Shown here one piece after another: positions 35,457-43,870 of a stretch of 43,870 nucleotides of DNA. The first letter of the stretch is position 1. Every line of letters starts with the position of its first letter. A program made the translations under genes and the position numbers. Origin of the DNA: a virus (Duplodnaviria; Caudoviricetes). The notes below the pieces were generated by a model, which worked only from the letters and a program-made list of their open reading frames with translations, ran no database searches and was not told where the DNA came from. The stretch spans positions 1 to 43,870 of the IMG/VR virus record IMGVR_UViG_3300036546_000226. One strand, written 5' to 3'.

Positions 35457-36064
35457 CAGCGGGCCTCCTTACTCATGGCGTAGTTGAGTTGGGCTCGGTA
35501 CTCCCTGGCGAGCTCTTTGCCGATTTCAGGCTTGAGCTGCTGCCGAACGCCACGGAACACCTGATCAACCGATGGCCCGTACAGGTGCTCGATGTCTTTC
35601 CGGCCTGAGCCGGTGCGCACGAATACGCCCATCTCACCCGAGCCCTTGAGCGGCAGCAGGAAAGCGCCGCGCATCTTCTTTCGCCCGCCCTTGCGGGACA
35701 CGGCCACGGATACACCAGCCTGCTTTTTGCCGGACGGAATGCCGCGCAGCTGGTCACCCGCGGCCCCGCGAGCAGCTCGTGCCATTTGCTTGGCACCATA
35801 ACGGGCCAGTCGGGTGGGGCGCTTGCGGCCAGAAATGACGGCTTCTGGGTTTCGCTCCGTCGCCTTTTGAGTAACGGTGAGGTTGTCGTTAACGTAGGCC
35901 GCTGGCAGGCGCACCTGGTCGCGGATAGCCTTGCTGGCTGCCGTTCGGAACTTTGAGGCCACTCGGTTCACCGCCCGGAACTGTGCTTTCTCGGCAGCTT
36001 TCACGGTGCCCTGGATAAACTTCCGGGCTTGGGCAAACTGGCGTTTATCGATACTCAGGCTCAT
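35456..36064 (-). CDS. Minor tail protein Z-like
   Basis: Basic; RAVNRVA..GAF..LYGPSVDQVF. Confidence 0.7.
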   Translation of the reverse strand: MSLSIDKRQFAQARKFIQGTVKAAEKAQFRAVNRVASKFRTAASKAIRDQVRLPAAYVNDNLTVTQKATERNPEAVISGRKRPTRLARYGAKQMARAARGAAGDQLRGIPSGKKQAGVSVAVSRKGGRKKMRGAFLLPLKGSGEMGVFVRTGSGRKDIEHLYGPSVDQVFRGVRQQLKPEIGKELAREYRAQLNYAMSKEAR

Positions 36065-36345
36065 CGCAACACCACTTTGGTCATCGCGTCGTCTTTCACG
36101 GCCATCAGCTGATCAACCTTGTAGGTTTCGCCTCGGATGATCACCGGCAGGCCCTCGCGGATGGCGGGCACCTTGTCTGGCAAGACAGATACGGTCAGGC
36201 GGCTTTCAACCACCGGTTCGTAGCTGCCAAGCTCTACCAACTCGTTAGCGACAATGCCCCGGGAGGGCTGGCCTGCGAATGTGATGTCTTCGCCGAACAT
36301 ATCCATGCAGACCTCGGCGGTTTCCAGGGCCAGATCAATTGCCAT
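36061..36345 (-). CDS. Head-tail joining protein (gpFII-like)
   Basis: 94 aa beta-rich, IRGETYKV; position. Confidence 0.55.
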   Translation of the reverse strand: MAIDLALETAEVCMDMFGEDITFAGQPSRGIVANELVELGSYEPVVESRLTVSVLPDKVPAIREGLPVIIRGETYKVDQLMAVKDDAMTKVVLR

Positions 36346-36622
36346 TGCTGCGGCCCTCAATAAGTCGATCCAGTTTTGAATTAATTAGTCTCAAGTCGGT
36401 TTTCAGCTCCTCGAACTTCTTCTCGGTGCGGCCCTGATCTGCCAGCTGCGACTGTCGAAGGTGTTCATAGTTGAGTTCCAGGCTGCTAATCCTGGTGTCT
36501 TGTTGAGCGAAGAACCAAAAAGCCGCCAGCAGTGCGGTCAATGTGGTCAGGATGTGACCGACACTGATGGACTTGCTGATGTGCCAGTGCCTGTGATCGT
36601 GTTCCATCTGATCCACCTTCAT
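36335..36622 (-). CDS. Single-TM coiled-coil protein next to endolysin (possible holin/antiholin)
   Basis: ATGA overlap with endolysin stop; TM helix ILTTLTALLAAFWFF. Confidence 0.5.
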   Translation of the reverse strand: MKVDQMEHDHRHWHISKSISVGHILTTLTALLAAFWFFAQQDTRISSLELNYEHLRQSQLADQGRTEKKFEELKTDLRLINSKLDRLIEGRSNGN

Positions 36623-37032
36623 GCCTTGCCCGAACGCATGATTTCTGCCAGTTCCTGGGCGCGGCTGCCCACTTGTCGGTGCCACTTCGAATCGAGCATT
36701 TGGCGGGCAGCTTCGTTGTAATCCTCCCGGGCAATGGCACTCCACATTTTTTTGAACTTCATCAGGCCATAGAACCCCAGGTTGAAGCCCATGTTGACCA
36801 GAACGGTCTGACGAATCGGATCCAGCGCCTGGTATTCATCAACCGTCTTCAGTTGACCTTCAATCATGTCGATGTCGTTATCGAGCATGAAATCTGCCTC
36901 ATCACGACTGACGCCAATATCGTCAAGGTTGCGGCCGTACCCGACAGTCAACTTACCTACGGTGTCCCGGTAGGGTTTCAGACGCAGGCCTTCGTGCCGT
37001 TCGAGTTGTGATCTGAGTAGTTGCCGGTCCAC
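36619..37032 (-). CDS. Endolysin, GH24 lysozyme family
   Basis: HEGLRLKPYRDTVGKLTVGYGRN (E-8-D-5-T triad), NMGFNLG, SKWHRQVGSRA. Confidence 0.9.
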   Translation of the reverse strand: MDRQLLRSQLERHEGLRLKPYRDTVGKLTVGYGRNLDDIGVSRDEADFMLDNDIDMIEGQLKTVDEYQALDPIRQTVLVNMGFNLGFYGLMKFKKMWSAIAREDYNEAARQMLDSKWHRQVGSRAQELAEIMRSGKA

Positions 37033-37124
37033 AGACAGCCTCCATCGTATCTTTGGGCCATTATTGCGAACCGGCGTTTTGGTCGCCTGTCTTGGGGTGG
37101 GAGATAGGTCTGAGCCGGAAGCTA

Positions 37125-38513
37125 TTAGCGCCCGGCTTCTGGATCAGGGGTGGTTGTTGCAGAGTGAATCCCAGCCTTCCGGTCATCAGCTTGCTCGGCA
37201 GCGCGCTCTTTTCGAACCTGATCAGGGTCGTTGCCGCGGCTATGAATGACATCAGACTGTGATCGGAAGCCCGCTTGAACTTCCAGTTTTAACGCCTGCA
37301 CATCTTGTACAGGGTGGAAGTATGGCCATGCCGGCGGAACCCAGCGGAGTGTGTCCGGCGTGCTGTCACCTACAGCACCAATCAGCCGAGCCGAGGCCAC
37401 CCATGCAGATTTAATCGGGCGCATCATCTGACGAATCACCCGATGCCATTGGTGCTGCTCAACCCGGCGTCGGTATTCGTTTATAAGAACCCGCGCAGTG
37501 CGATCGCTCAAGCCTTGGAAGTCGCCAGTCAGCAATTCGTATGGAAGGCCAAAGCCAGCGGCAATATCTCGTCCGTTTACCCTCGAAAAGCCTTCGTACT
37601 CACCGCCCAATGACGGCAGGTTCGGGAACTCTACGCCTTCACCCGGCAAAAGGGTGTAGGCACTTCCGGGCGCAATGTCTGACATTTCCCGACTTTCGAT
37701 TGGTTCTCCGGTGATAGGATCTGAGCCATCCTCTCCTGGTTCTGGGCGCGTAAAAATTGCAGTGAAGCTGCTCGCCAGCTTCTGACGCTCCAACGTAGCT
37801 TCGTCGTAGTCGTTCTTCTGCTGTAATCGCTGCAGGACCGTCGCCAGCGGAGGAAAGCCGCGAACCTGCCCTGGGCGCAACGGCTCAAATATATGAATGA
37901 CCCGGTCAGCGGGCACCCGCACGAGATCGTTCTGGCTAATGGTCAACCCGTAGTTTTCGCCGGGATGCTGCTTGTGCATCCAGTAGGCAACCCGCTGGCC
38001 AATGCCATTGAACTCAATACCCTGGATGATTCTGTTGCCGTTGCTCAGTACCGGAAAATTCTGCAGGGGCACCATGTCGGCTTCCAGAAGCTCCAGTTGG
38101 ACTGGAACGGCCAGACCATCGGTAGGGCGCCGGTACCGAATGCGGATGAAGCATTCACCGGTTTCACGCCAGGCGCGGACGCCGGCTTCCTGCAGGCCAT
38201 AGATGTCGTAGATGCCGGACGCATCGCACTCGTCCTCAAACTGTTGCCAAAGAGACGCTAAGCTCCTGTCATCAAAGCGTGGAACGATGCCGGTGCCCAC
38301 GATGTTCGTCACATCCAGATCCACGGCTCGGGATGCCAGAGGGATATTTCGGACTGCGTCGCGGGCCCGCATCCGGGCGGTTCTGAGGTTGGCCAGATTT
38401 GCAATGTTGGGGCCAGGATCGCCTTTGTCCCGGAATGCTTTGTTGCCCGGCTTGCCCGCCTGCCAGTAGGCCACTACCGGACCGGTTCGACCGAAAGGAT
38501 CACGCTGTTTCAA
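37125..38513 (-). CDS. Portal protein (lambda gpB family)
   Basis: LRTARMRARDAVRN..GIEFNGIGQRVAYW..RPGQVRGFP..PYELLTGD. Confidence 0.92.
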   Translation of the reverse strand: MKQRDPFGRTGPVVAYWQAGKPGNKAFRDKGDPGPNIANLANLRTARMRARDAVRNIPLASRAVDLDVTNIVGTGIVPRFDDRSLASLWQQFEDECDASGIYDIYGLQEAGVRAWRETGECFIRIRYRRPTDGLAVPVQLELLEADMVPLQNFPVLSNGNRIIQGIEFNGIGQRVAYWMHKQHPGENYGLTISQNDLVRVPADRVIHIFEPLRPGQVRGFPPLATVLQRLQQKNDYDEATLERQKLASSFTAIFTRPEPGEDGSDPITGEPIESREMSDIAPGSAYTLLPGEGVEFPNLPSLGGEYEGFSRVNGRDIAAGFGLPYELLTGDFQGLSDRTARVLINEYRRRVEQHQWHRVIRQMMRPIKSAWVASARLIGAVGDSTPDTLRWVPPAWPYFHPVQDVQALKLEVQAGFRSQSDVIHSRGNDPDQVRKERAAEQADDRKAGIHSATTTPDPEAGR

Positions 38514-38713
38514 AATCCAGTACCTCGCATCGGCCGGATCCGCCGGCGGCTTTGGGGTTGGCTTTGGGCAAGCTCTGTTCGGATGGCGTTGCGGGCCCTC
38601 AGCAGTTCATCAACGTCCCGATATTCAACCGTGCGGTCAGAAAAAGTAACGCGCCGTTCACCTCTGGCTATGGCGCGATTGATGGCATCCAGATCACTGC
38701 TGGTAAAGCTCAT
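38510..38713 (-). CDS. Head-tail joining protein gpW-like
   Basis: AIARGERRVTFSDRTVEYRDVDELLRAR; precedes portal. Confidence 0.8.
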   Translation of the reverse strand: MSFTSSDLDAINRAIARGERRVTFSDRTVEYRDVDELLRARNAIRTELAQSQPQSRRRIRPMRGTGF

Positions 38714-38734
38714 ACCTTATCCCCTTGAGTAGTT

Positions 38735-38752
38735 GGGGCTCCGAAGAGCCCC
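38735..38752 (-). promoter_or_regulatory. UUCG-tetraloop hairpin after the capsid gene
   Basis: GGGGCTC-TTCG-GAGCCCC with no U-tract. Confidence 0.55.
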
Positions 38753-38761
38753 GTGCAGGGT

Positions 38762-39802
38762 TTAGGTGCGCTTGGCGCGCTGGAGCATCTTGGGTCGGGT
38801 AGCGATCGGCAGCGGATAGCTGTAAACCTCAACGTCCACAAAAGCGTTTCGCTTCTGGTCCGGGATGACCAGGCTGTAAACGTCCTGACCGGGCAGGTTG
38901 ATGGTGTCGAAGAACTCTCCCGGGCTATAGGCCATCAGGAAAGCGCCAGGCGCATCAACCGGGTAGAACTTTGCCTCGTCGGTGTTCACTGCCACCTTGG
39001 AGCCGTCGTCGGTGCCACGGTAGTTCACCCAGCGGATTCCACCATAGGTGAACTGCTCGTAGGCCATGCCCACATCGTTACGCAGATCCTGAGCCTGCTG
39101 GGTGTTCAGGTAGGTCTGGCGCACCTCTGGGTGAGCAGTCAGGTCGTCCCAGAAGGCATCACCAACAACAGCTTCAACAGTGGTGCGGCCAGGCACCCAT
39201 GCACCTTGAGCAGCCTTCATCATCTGACGGATGACCTGGTTGCACTTTTTGCGCACGGCGCCGGAAGCTGGATCGGCATTGTCGAGATCGAAGTCGATCA
39301 CGGCATCCTGGGTGACGCCGAATGCATCGAAGTAGTTCTCGATTACAGACCCATCTGCATCAACCACAATGCCCTGGATCGCGCCCAGCATCATGTTTTC
39401 CCAGGTTAGCTCGATGTCGCGCATCAGGCCGGCTGGTCCGTTCAGGCGATCCGCCACCTCTGTTTGCACCTGGGCAAGCTCTGTCTCGGAACCGAAAGCC
39501 CGGATGTTGGCCAACTCGCTGGCAGTGATACGGTCGCTTTTCGCAATGCGAACAGTGCGGAAGTCTTTAACTGAGCGCTTGCCGGTCGAGCTGGACTCGG
39601 GAGCCGCACCACGAGGGCTGGTTCCGATAAGAGACAGTACGCCGGATTTGCTTTCGATTGCGACGGTCTCAGTGCGAACTCGACGCGGAGTAAAGATGCC
39701 CCGGTTGCGCAGGAAGCTCGGCTGGAACTCCTGCTCGTTCAGGGCTTCGGTCAGCGAAACCATGCTGAAGGCGTCGCTGTTGAAGATGTCCATAGTAGCC
39801 AT
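38762..39802 (-). CDS. Major capsid protein (lambda gpE family)
   Basis: MDIFNSDAFSMVSLTEALN..TWENMMLGAIQG..SYPLPIATRP. Confidence 0.9.
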   Translation of the reverse strand: MATMDIFNSDAFSMVSLTEALNEQEFQPSFLRNRGIFTPRRVRTETVAIESKSGVLSLIGTSPRGAAPESSSTGKRSVKDFRTVRIAKSDRITASELANIRAFGSETELAQVQTEVADRLNGPAGLMRDIELTWENMMLGAIQGIVVDADGSVIENYFDAFGVTQDAVIDFDLDNADPASGAVRKKCNQVIRQMMKAAQGAWVPGRTTVEAVVGDAFWDDLTAHPEVRQTYLNTQQAQDLRNDVGMAYEQFTYGGIRWVNYRGTDDGSKVAVNTDEAKFYPVDAPGAFLMAYSPGEFFDTINLPGQDVYSLVIPDQKRNAFVDVEVYSYPLPIATRPKMLQRAKRT

Positions 39803-39859
39803 TTGTAATCTCCAGTTCAGATCGTTGTGGCCAACAAGCAGTGCCAGCCGGGTTCGGAT

Positions 39860-40222
39860 TTATCGGACGATGATGCCAAGCTCGGCCAATGCCGCGGCGG
39901 CGGTCTCGATCTCGCCTTCGGTCGCGCCAGCGAAGAAGGCCAGGTCTGCGCCGGTTACCTCGCAGTCACGGGCCAGAATGACGCCGGTCTGGGCTGCGTC
40001 GGTCGCATCCACTGCATCAAACAGGATGCCTGCCGGGGTCTCGGATCCGTCAACGTTAGTCGGGTTGTATTCGGCATAACCGCCAGCGGTCAGCGCACCA
40101 ACCACATGACCTGCCTGCAGATTGTTGCCAGCGGCCACGGTTACGGTATCGCGGCTGCGGTGGCCGTTCGCTTCGGAGATGATGAACTCGCCGGCATGCC
40201 GGGATTCAGTAAGAGTAGCCAT
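39860..40222 (-). CDS. Head decoration protein (gpD-like)
   Basis: EFIISEANGHRSRD..DGSETPAGIL..LAELGIIVR. Confidence 0.85.
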   Translation of the reverse strand: MATLTESRHAGEFIISEANGHRSRDTVTVAAGNNLQAGHVVGALTAGGYAEYNPTNVDGSETPAGILFDAVDATDAAQTGVILARDCEVTGADLAFFAGATEGEIETAAAALAELGIIVR

Positions 40223-41148
40223 TACCATTTACCTCTCGGTTGGGTTTTCTTGAAGGCGTTTGCCCAGCTTGAGCGGGCTTCTTTCTCTGCCTGGCCGTCT
40301 TCCAGGCCGGGCAAAATTACGGGGTCAGCATTCCGGGCCTCGTCGTCTGCCGCCTGGGCATCAACGATCCGTTTCTTGGCTTCATCCAAAGTGATGCCCT
40401 CTCGCACCCAATCCGCAGCTTTAACCGTAAAGCCTTTCTCAATGCACAGAGCCACGATATCGGCGGCATGGTTTGGCTTGTCTTCAGGCTTGTTGGGCAT
40501 ACTAGTCACCGCTGGCGCTTCCGGTTCTGCAGGCTTCTCGAGCTCTGCTACCTTGGCCAAAACCTCAGCAGGGATGTCCATCGCTTTCGCCATGGCGACA
40601 GCAGCGGGCTGTGCCAGTGATTCCACGGTGTCGGCAAACCCGAGGTCTACCGCCTCCTGGGCGGTTAGCCAGGTCTCGCCATCTAGAAGGGCTTTGATGT
40701 CATCTTCGCCTTTGCCAGTACGGGCCGTGTAGGTGGCAAGCAGGGACTTCTCGAACTGTTCCAGGTCATCAGCAGTTTTCCGAAGCTCGGCCGCGTTGCC
40801 CTGAGCAAATGTCCACGGGTTATGCACCATCATCAGGGTGTTTGCCGGCATGGTGATCTGGTCGCCTGCCATAGCAATGATGGAAGCCGCGCTGGCAGCG
40901 ATACCATCAACACGGACGTTAACCAGAGCATCATGGCCACGCAGGAAGTTGTAGATCGCGAGGCCGTGGTCCACTTCACCACCGCGGCTGTTGATGGTGA
41001 CGTTGATCATCTCAACATCGCCCGCAGCTTCTACTTCACGGATAAGATCGCTGTCTGAAACGCCCCATTCGCCGATGTATCCGCGAATACTGACGCTGAC
41101 CTCTTTTCGCTCCGCTTCGGCGCGGACATCAAACCATTTTTTTGCCAT
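40222..41148 (-). CDS. ClpP-like prohead protease / scaffold
   Basis: INSRGGEV, GIAASAASIIAMAGD, MMVHNPW, ETWLTAQEAVDLGFAD. Confidence 0.92.
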   Translation of the reverse strand: MAKKWFDVRAEAERKEVSVSIRGYIGEWGVSDSDLIREVEAAGDVEMINVTINSRGGEVDHGLAIYNFLRGHDALVNVRVDGIAASAASIIAMAGDQITMPANTLMMVHNPWTFAQGNAAELRKTADDLEQFEKSLLATYTARTGKGEDDIKALLDGETWLTAQEAVDLGFADTVESLAQPAAVAMAKAMDIPAEVLAKVAELEKPAEPEAPAVTSMPNKPEDKPNHAADIVALCIEKGFTVKAADWVREGITLDEAKKRIVDAQAADDEARNADPVILPGLEDGQAEKEARSSWANAFKKTQPRGKW

Positions 41149-41231
41149 CTCGGATCTCGCTGTCGCATTGATCGGGTCGATGATGGCATGTTGGCAAAAT
41201 GATTATGGCTGCGCCTGTCTTGGGGTGGGCA

Positions 41232-43271
41232 TTACATAAAATCTGTTTTCTTGAACCCGCTAGCCTTCTTGAACCTGCCAGCATTCTTCTTTTCTGAGGC
41301 CTTTGATGCCGCTTGCATCTCTCGGCGCTCATCTCGGCTTACCCGCTCGCTGTTTTCTGATATCGGGCGAGCCCAGGCCGGAGGCTTATCCCACCGGATC
41401 TTCGCCACTCCAAGTGACAAGGCAGCAGCGCGATTCATGCCCGCAAGATCTAGCGCCTCGTTCCGTTTGCGTACTTGCTTCCAGCGGCCGTCAGGCTGGC
41501 GAACTTCTGATTGCCACTCGTCCCAGAACCAGGCGCCGAGCCACCGGGGAAAGTGGAGGCGAGAGCTTCCGTTGTCTGTGCGCCGGGCAGCGTTCGTCAC
41601 CGCATCTTTCAGAAGGTTCGGATTACATATGAGCAGCGGCACATCAGCCTTTGCCGCAGTCGGGACTTTGCTTTCCTTGATTAGCGGGGCGTTCCGAGCG
41701 GATGCACCCTTATAGACCCGGACCCGGTGGGCCAGACGATTTTGGGCGCACTTCAGGTACCAACGATAGGCGTTTTCGGTTACGCCCTCTTCGCCACCGG
41801 AATCCACAATGGTCCTTCGAATCCGCAGTTCCTGGCCCTCTTCGTGGGTCCGGTAGGTTGCTTCCACGACCTTTTGGGTGATTACGTCCCAGTCTTCGGG
41901 GTAGCTAGCCGGATCAATCGGCGCAGGGTTGCCGTCCAGGCCTTCTCGGTTGCTCTCTTTAATCTCATAGCGATCAATCAGCCATTCCTCACGGTCCGGC
42001 CCGTGCGCGTGCACCTGCACAATGAATCGGGCGTTCTGTCCACCCTGAACATCTACAGCGGCGGTGAGAAACCGCGCCTGTGCCGGGACCAAGTAGCGCT
42101 CGAAATCTTCAGCGTTGTCAGCCGGGCTGATTCTGGCAGCATCGTCCAGCATCGCCCTCGGCAGGTATGGCAGACCCCAATCTACATTTGTGACTGTCTT
42201 TAGCGCCTTCTCGCTTCGTGTTAGCTCGTAAGTTTCACTGGCGGTTTCGAGCTTTTCGGCCAGACTGGCCCACGTTTGGAATGCCGCTGCAGGGCCCTCC
42301 ATCCAGAACGAAGCGACGCGCCCACCCTTCGGGGTTCCGGTCATCTCGCCTTCAGTGGTGAGCGAGCAGCCTTCTGGCACCCAGCGGCCCGCCATGTTCA
42401 ACCTCTTTTTTTCGGCCTGGGAAACCTCGGCACCGCAGTGCGGACAGAAAGCCGCCTTTGATGCCAGGTTGAAATTCTCGCGGTTGGGCTGAAACCACTC
42501 CCGGCACTGTTTTTGCGGGCATTGCCAGTACCACCTGCGCCGGTCGCCTCGGTTGTATAAGTCCAGGATGCCGGTAGTGGGCGGAGCCATGTGGGGGCAC
42601 TCCGCAGGCTGTCGCCAGTTTGGGTCTGTGATTTCCCGCCCCGGGGAGCTTTCGGCCAATGTCATGCCAGTGGAACCGAACGTCTGAGTTCGTTTTGATG
42701 CCAGAGTAAACGGGTCACCTTCGCCGCCGACATCCTCTGGCAGCCGGTCAAAGTCGGTGATTAGCACGAACTTGAAGTCAGAGCTGGCCATCACGTTTTT
42801 CGACGGCCACTTTATGCCCAGGTAATTACCGGCCCGGAAAATCTTGTCATGGACGTTATTGTCGTGCCCCCTGGGGCTCAGTCTTTTAGCCAGAGCAGGA
42901 GAGTGGTTGAGCATTCGGTCGATTCGCTTCTTGCTGAACTCCCGGGCCTTGTCCTCGCTGATCTGGATTATCAGACCGTCTGAAGGGTCGCACTCAACCT
43001 CGTAGGCTATGTATCCATCAACCAGGGCGTTGGTTTTGCCTGTCCGCGCCGGGCCCACAAAAATAACGGCGTCATACTTTCTGCCGCCCATGCAGTCGAG
43101 TGGCTCAACCATGTAGGGAGTAGCTTCCGGGCTCCAGTCTCTGATAGTGCCGTCACCACCAACCACCTTCATGTACTCCGCAGCAGCCTCGCTGGGTTTG
43201 ATTCGGCGGGGAGGGCGAATCAGTTCGGCCACATCCATTCGGATCATTCTTGCGCTGCCATAACTAGCCAT
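41232..43271 (-). CDS. Terminase large subunit (lambda GpA family)
   Basis: GPARTGKT, ESSPG, CPQ..C/CPHC, AAVDVQ, RNEALDL. Confidence 0.92.
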   Translation of the reverse strand: MASYGSARMIRMDVAELIRPPRRIKPSEAAAEYMKVVGGDGTIRDWSPEATPYMVEPLDCMGGRKYDAVIFVGPARTGKTNALVDGYIAYEVECDPSDGLIIQISEDKAREFSKKRIDRMLNHSPALAKRLSPRGHDNNVHDKIFRAGNYLGIKWPSKNVMASSDFKFVLITDFDRLPEDVGGEGDPFTLASKRTQTFGSTGMTLAESSPGREITDPNWRQPAECPHMAPPTTGILDLYNRGDRRRWYWQCPQKQCREWFQPNRENFNLASKAAFCPHCGAEVSQAEKKRLNMAGRWVPEGCSLTTEGEMTGTPKGGRVASFWMEGPAAAFQTWASLAEKLETASETYELTRSEKALKTVTNVDWGLPYLPRAMLDDAARISPADNAEDFERYLVPAQARFLTAAVDVQGGQNARFIVQVHAHGPDREEWLIDRYEIKESNREGLDGNPAPIDPASYPEDWDVITQKVVEATYRTHEEGQELRIRRTIVDSGGEEGVTENAYRWYLKCAQNRLAHRVRVYKGASARNAPLIKESKVPTAAKADVPLLICNPNLLKDAVTNAARRTDNGSSRLHFPRWLGAWFWDEWQSEVRQPDGRWKQVRKRNEALDLAGMNRAAALSLGVAKIRWDKPPAWARPISENSERVSRDERREMQAASKASEKKNAGRFKKASGFKKTDFM

Positions 43272-43779
43272 TCGCCGCCAGCTCCTCTTCGTCGTCAACA
43301 ATGGCCCGGTACATTTGCTCTCTCAGATTGTCGGTGACGACTTCAACCAGATCGATGGCATCAGCAGGCAGCCCTGCATCCCGCTCGAGTAAGTCCGGCA
43401 AGCTATCAAGCGAGCTCGCAATTGACTTGGCCAGCCGGCTCATCTCCCGATGCACTTCCTCGACCGGTACCAGGGAGCGCATTTCCTTTTCGAGCTTGAT
43501 GCGCTCGTTTTCCGACTGGTACCAGTCTTTGCGATCCTTGGGATGCATATCGTCCGGGTCTGCGCCGGTGCCGGTCACTACATCGCCAAACAATGCGGGG
43601 CCCGCATCTTTGAGAGCGTAAACGCTGACGCCATTCTTCTGGCCGGCCGGAACCACCCCCGCTTCCCTCAACCGCCGGCGGACGGTACCCCGGTCCATCC
43701 CGAAGGCGTCCGCCAGCCGGGTAATGTTCCAGTTATAGGCATCCGCTAACTTGTTGATTTCAGCCGCCACCTTCACCAC
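43264..43779 (-). CDS. Terminase small subunit (DUF1441/Nu1-like)
   Basis: N-terminal HTH (NITRLADAFGMDRGTVRRRL), PKDRKDWYQSENER, LPDLLERDAGL. Confidence 0.85.
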   Translation of the reverse strand: MVKVAAEINKLADAYNWNITRLADAFGMDRGTVRRRLREAGVVPAGQKNGVSVYALKDAGPALFGDVVTGTGADPDDMHPKDRKDWYQSENERIKLEKEMRSLVPVEEVHREMSRLAKSIASSLDSLPDLLERDAGLPADAIDLVEVVTDNLREQMYRAIVDDEEELAANG

Positions 43780-43858
43780 CCGTTAATCGCGAAGCCACGC
43801 GCCCCAAGGGCTCGCGGTGGTGGAGCCATGGGAGCCCGAAAATTTGCCAAACTTCGCG

Positions 43859-43870
43859 CTTCTGCGCCCC
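43859..43870 (-). repeat. 12-bp terminal direct repeat / probable cohesive end, right copy
   Basis: Identical to 1-12. Confidence 0.8.

Overview
The window looks like one complete temperate, lambda-like siphophage genome from a gammaproteobacterial host (inferred), given in reverse orientation. An identical 12-mer sits at both ends with lambda-cosN-like flanks. Minus strand: GpA-type terminase, Clp protease, decoration protein, capsid, gpW, portal, endolysin, tail and tape-measure genes, plus a Cro-replication-RusA-spanin-Mor operon. Plus strand: a 434-type CI with ACAA-N6-TTGT operators and a long early operon ending in xis/int and a tRNA-Met-type attP. Notable cargo: (1) a complete diversity-generating retroelement (target with VR, hairpin, avd, TR, RT) inside the tail-tip module, with 11 of 12 TR/VR mismatches at TR adenines; (2) small early genes joined by a 21-bp in-frame repeat that also supplies the next gene's ribosome-binding site; (3) an acr-aca-like operon beside attP; (4) an Acb2-type anti-CBASS gene behind a hairpin-dense non-coding region; (5) BrnTA, CsrA, solo LuxR-HTH and solo FtsK-gamma genes and decayed cargo in the immunity region. 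Head and lysis gene order is rearranged relative to lambda. All product calls come from motif recognition by eye; no database search was run.
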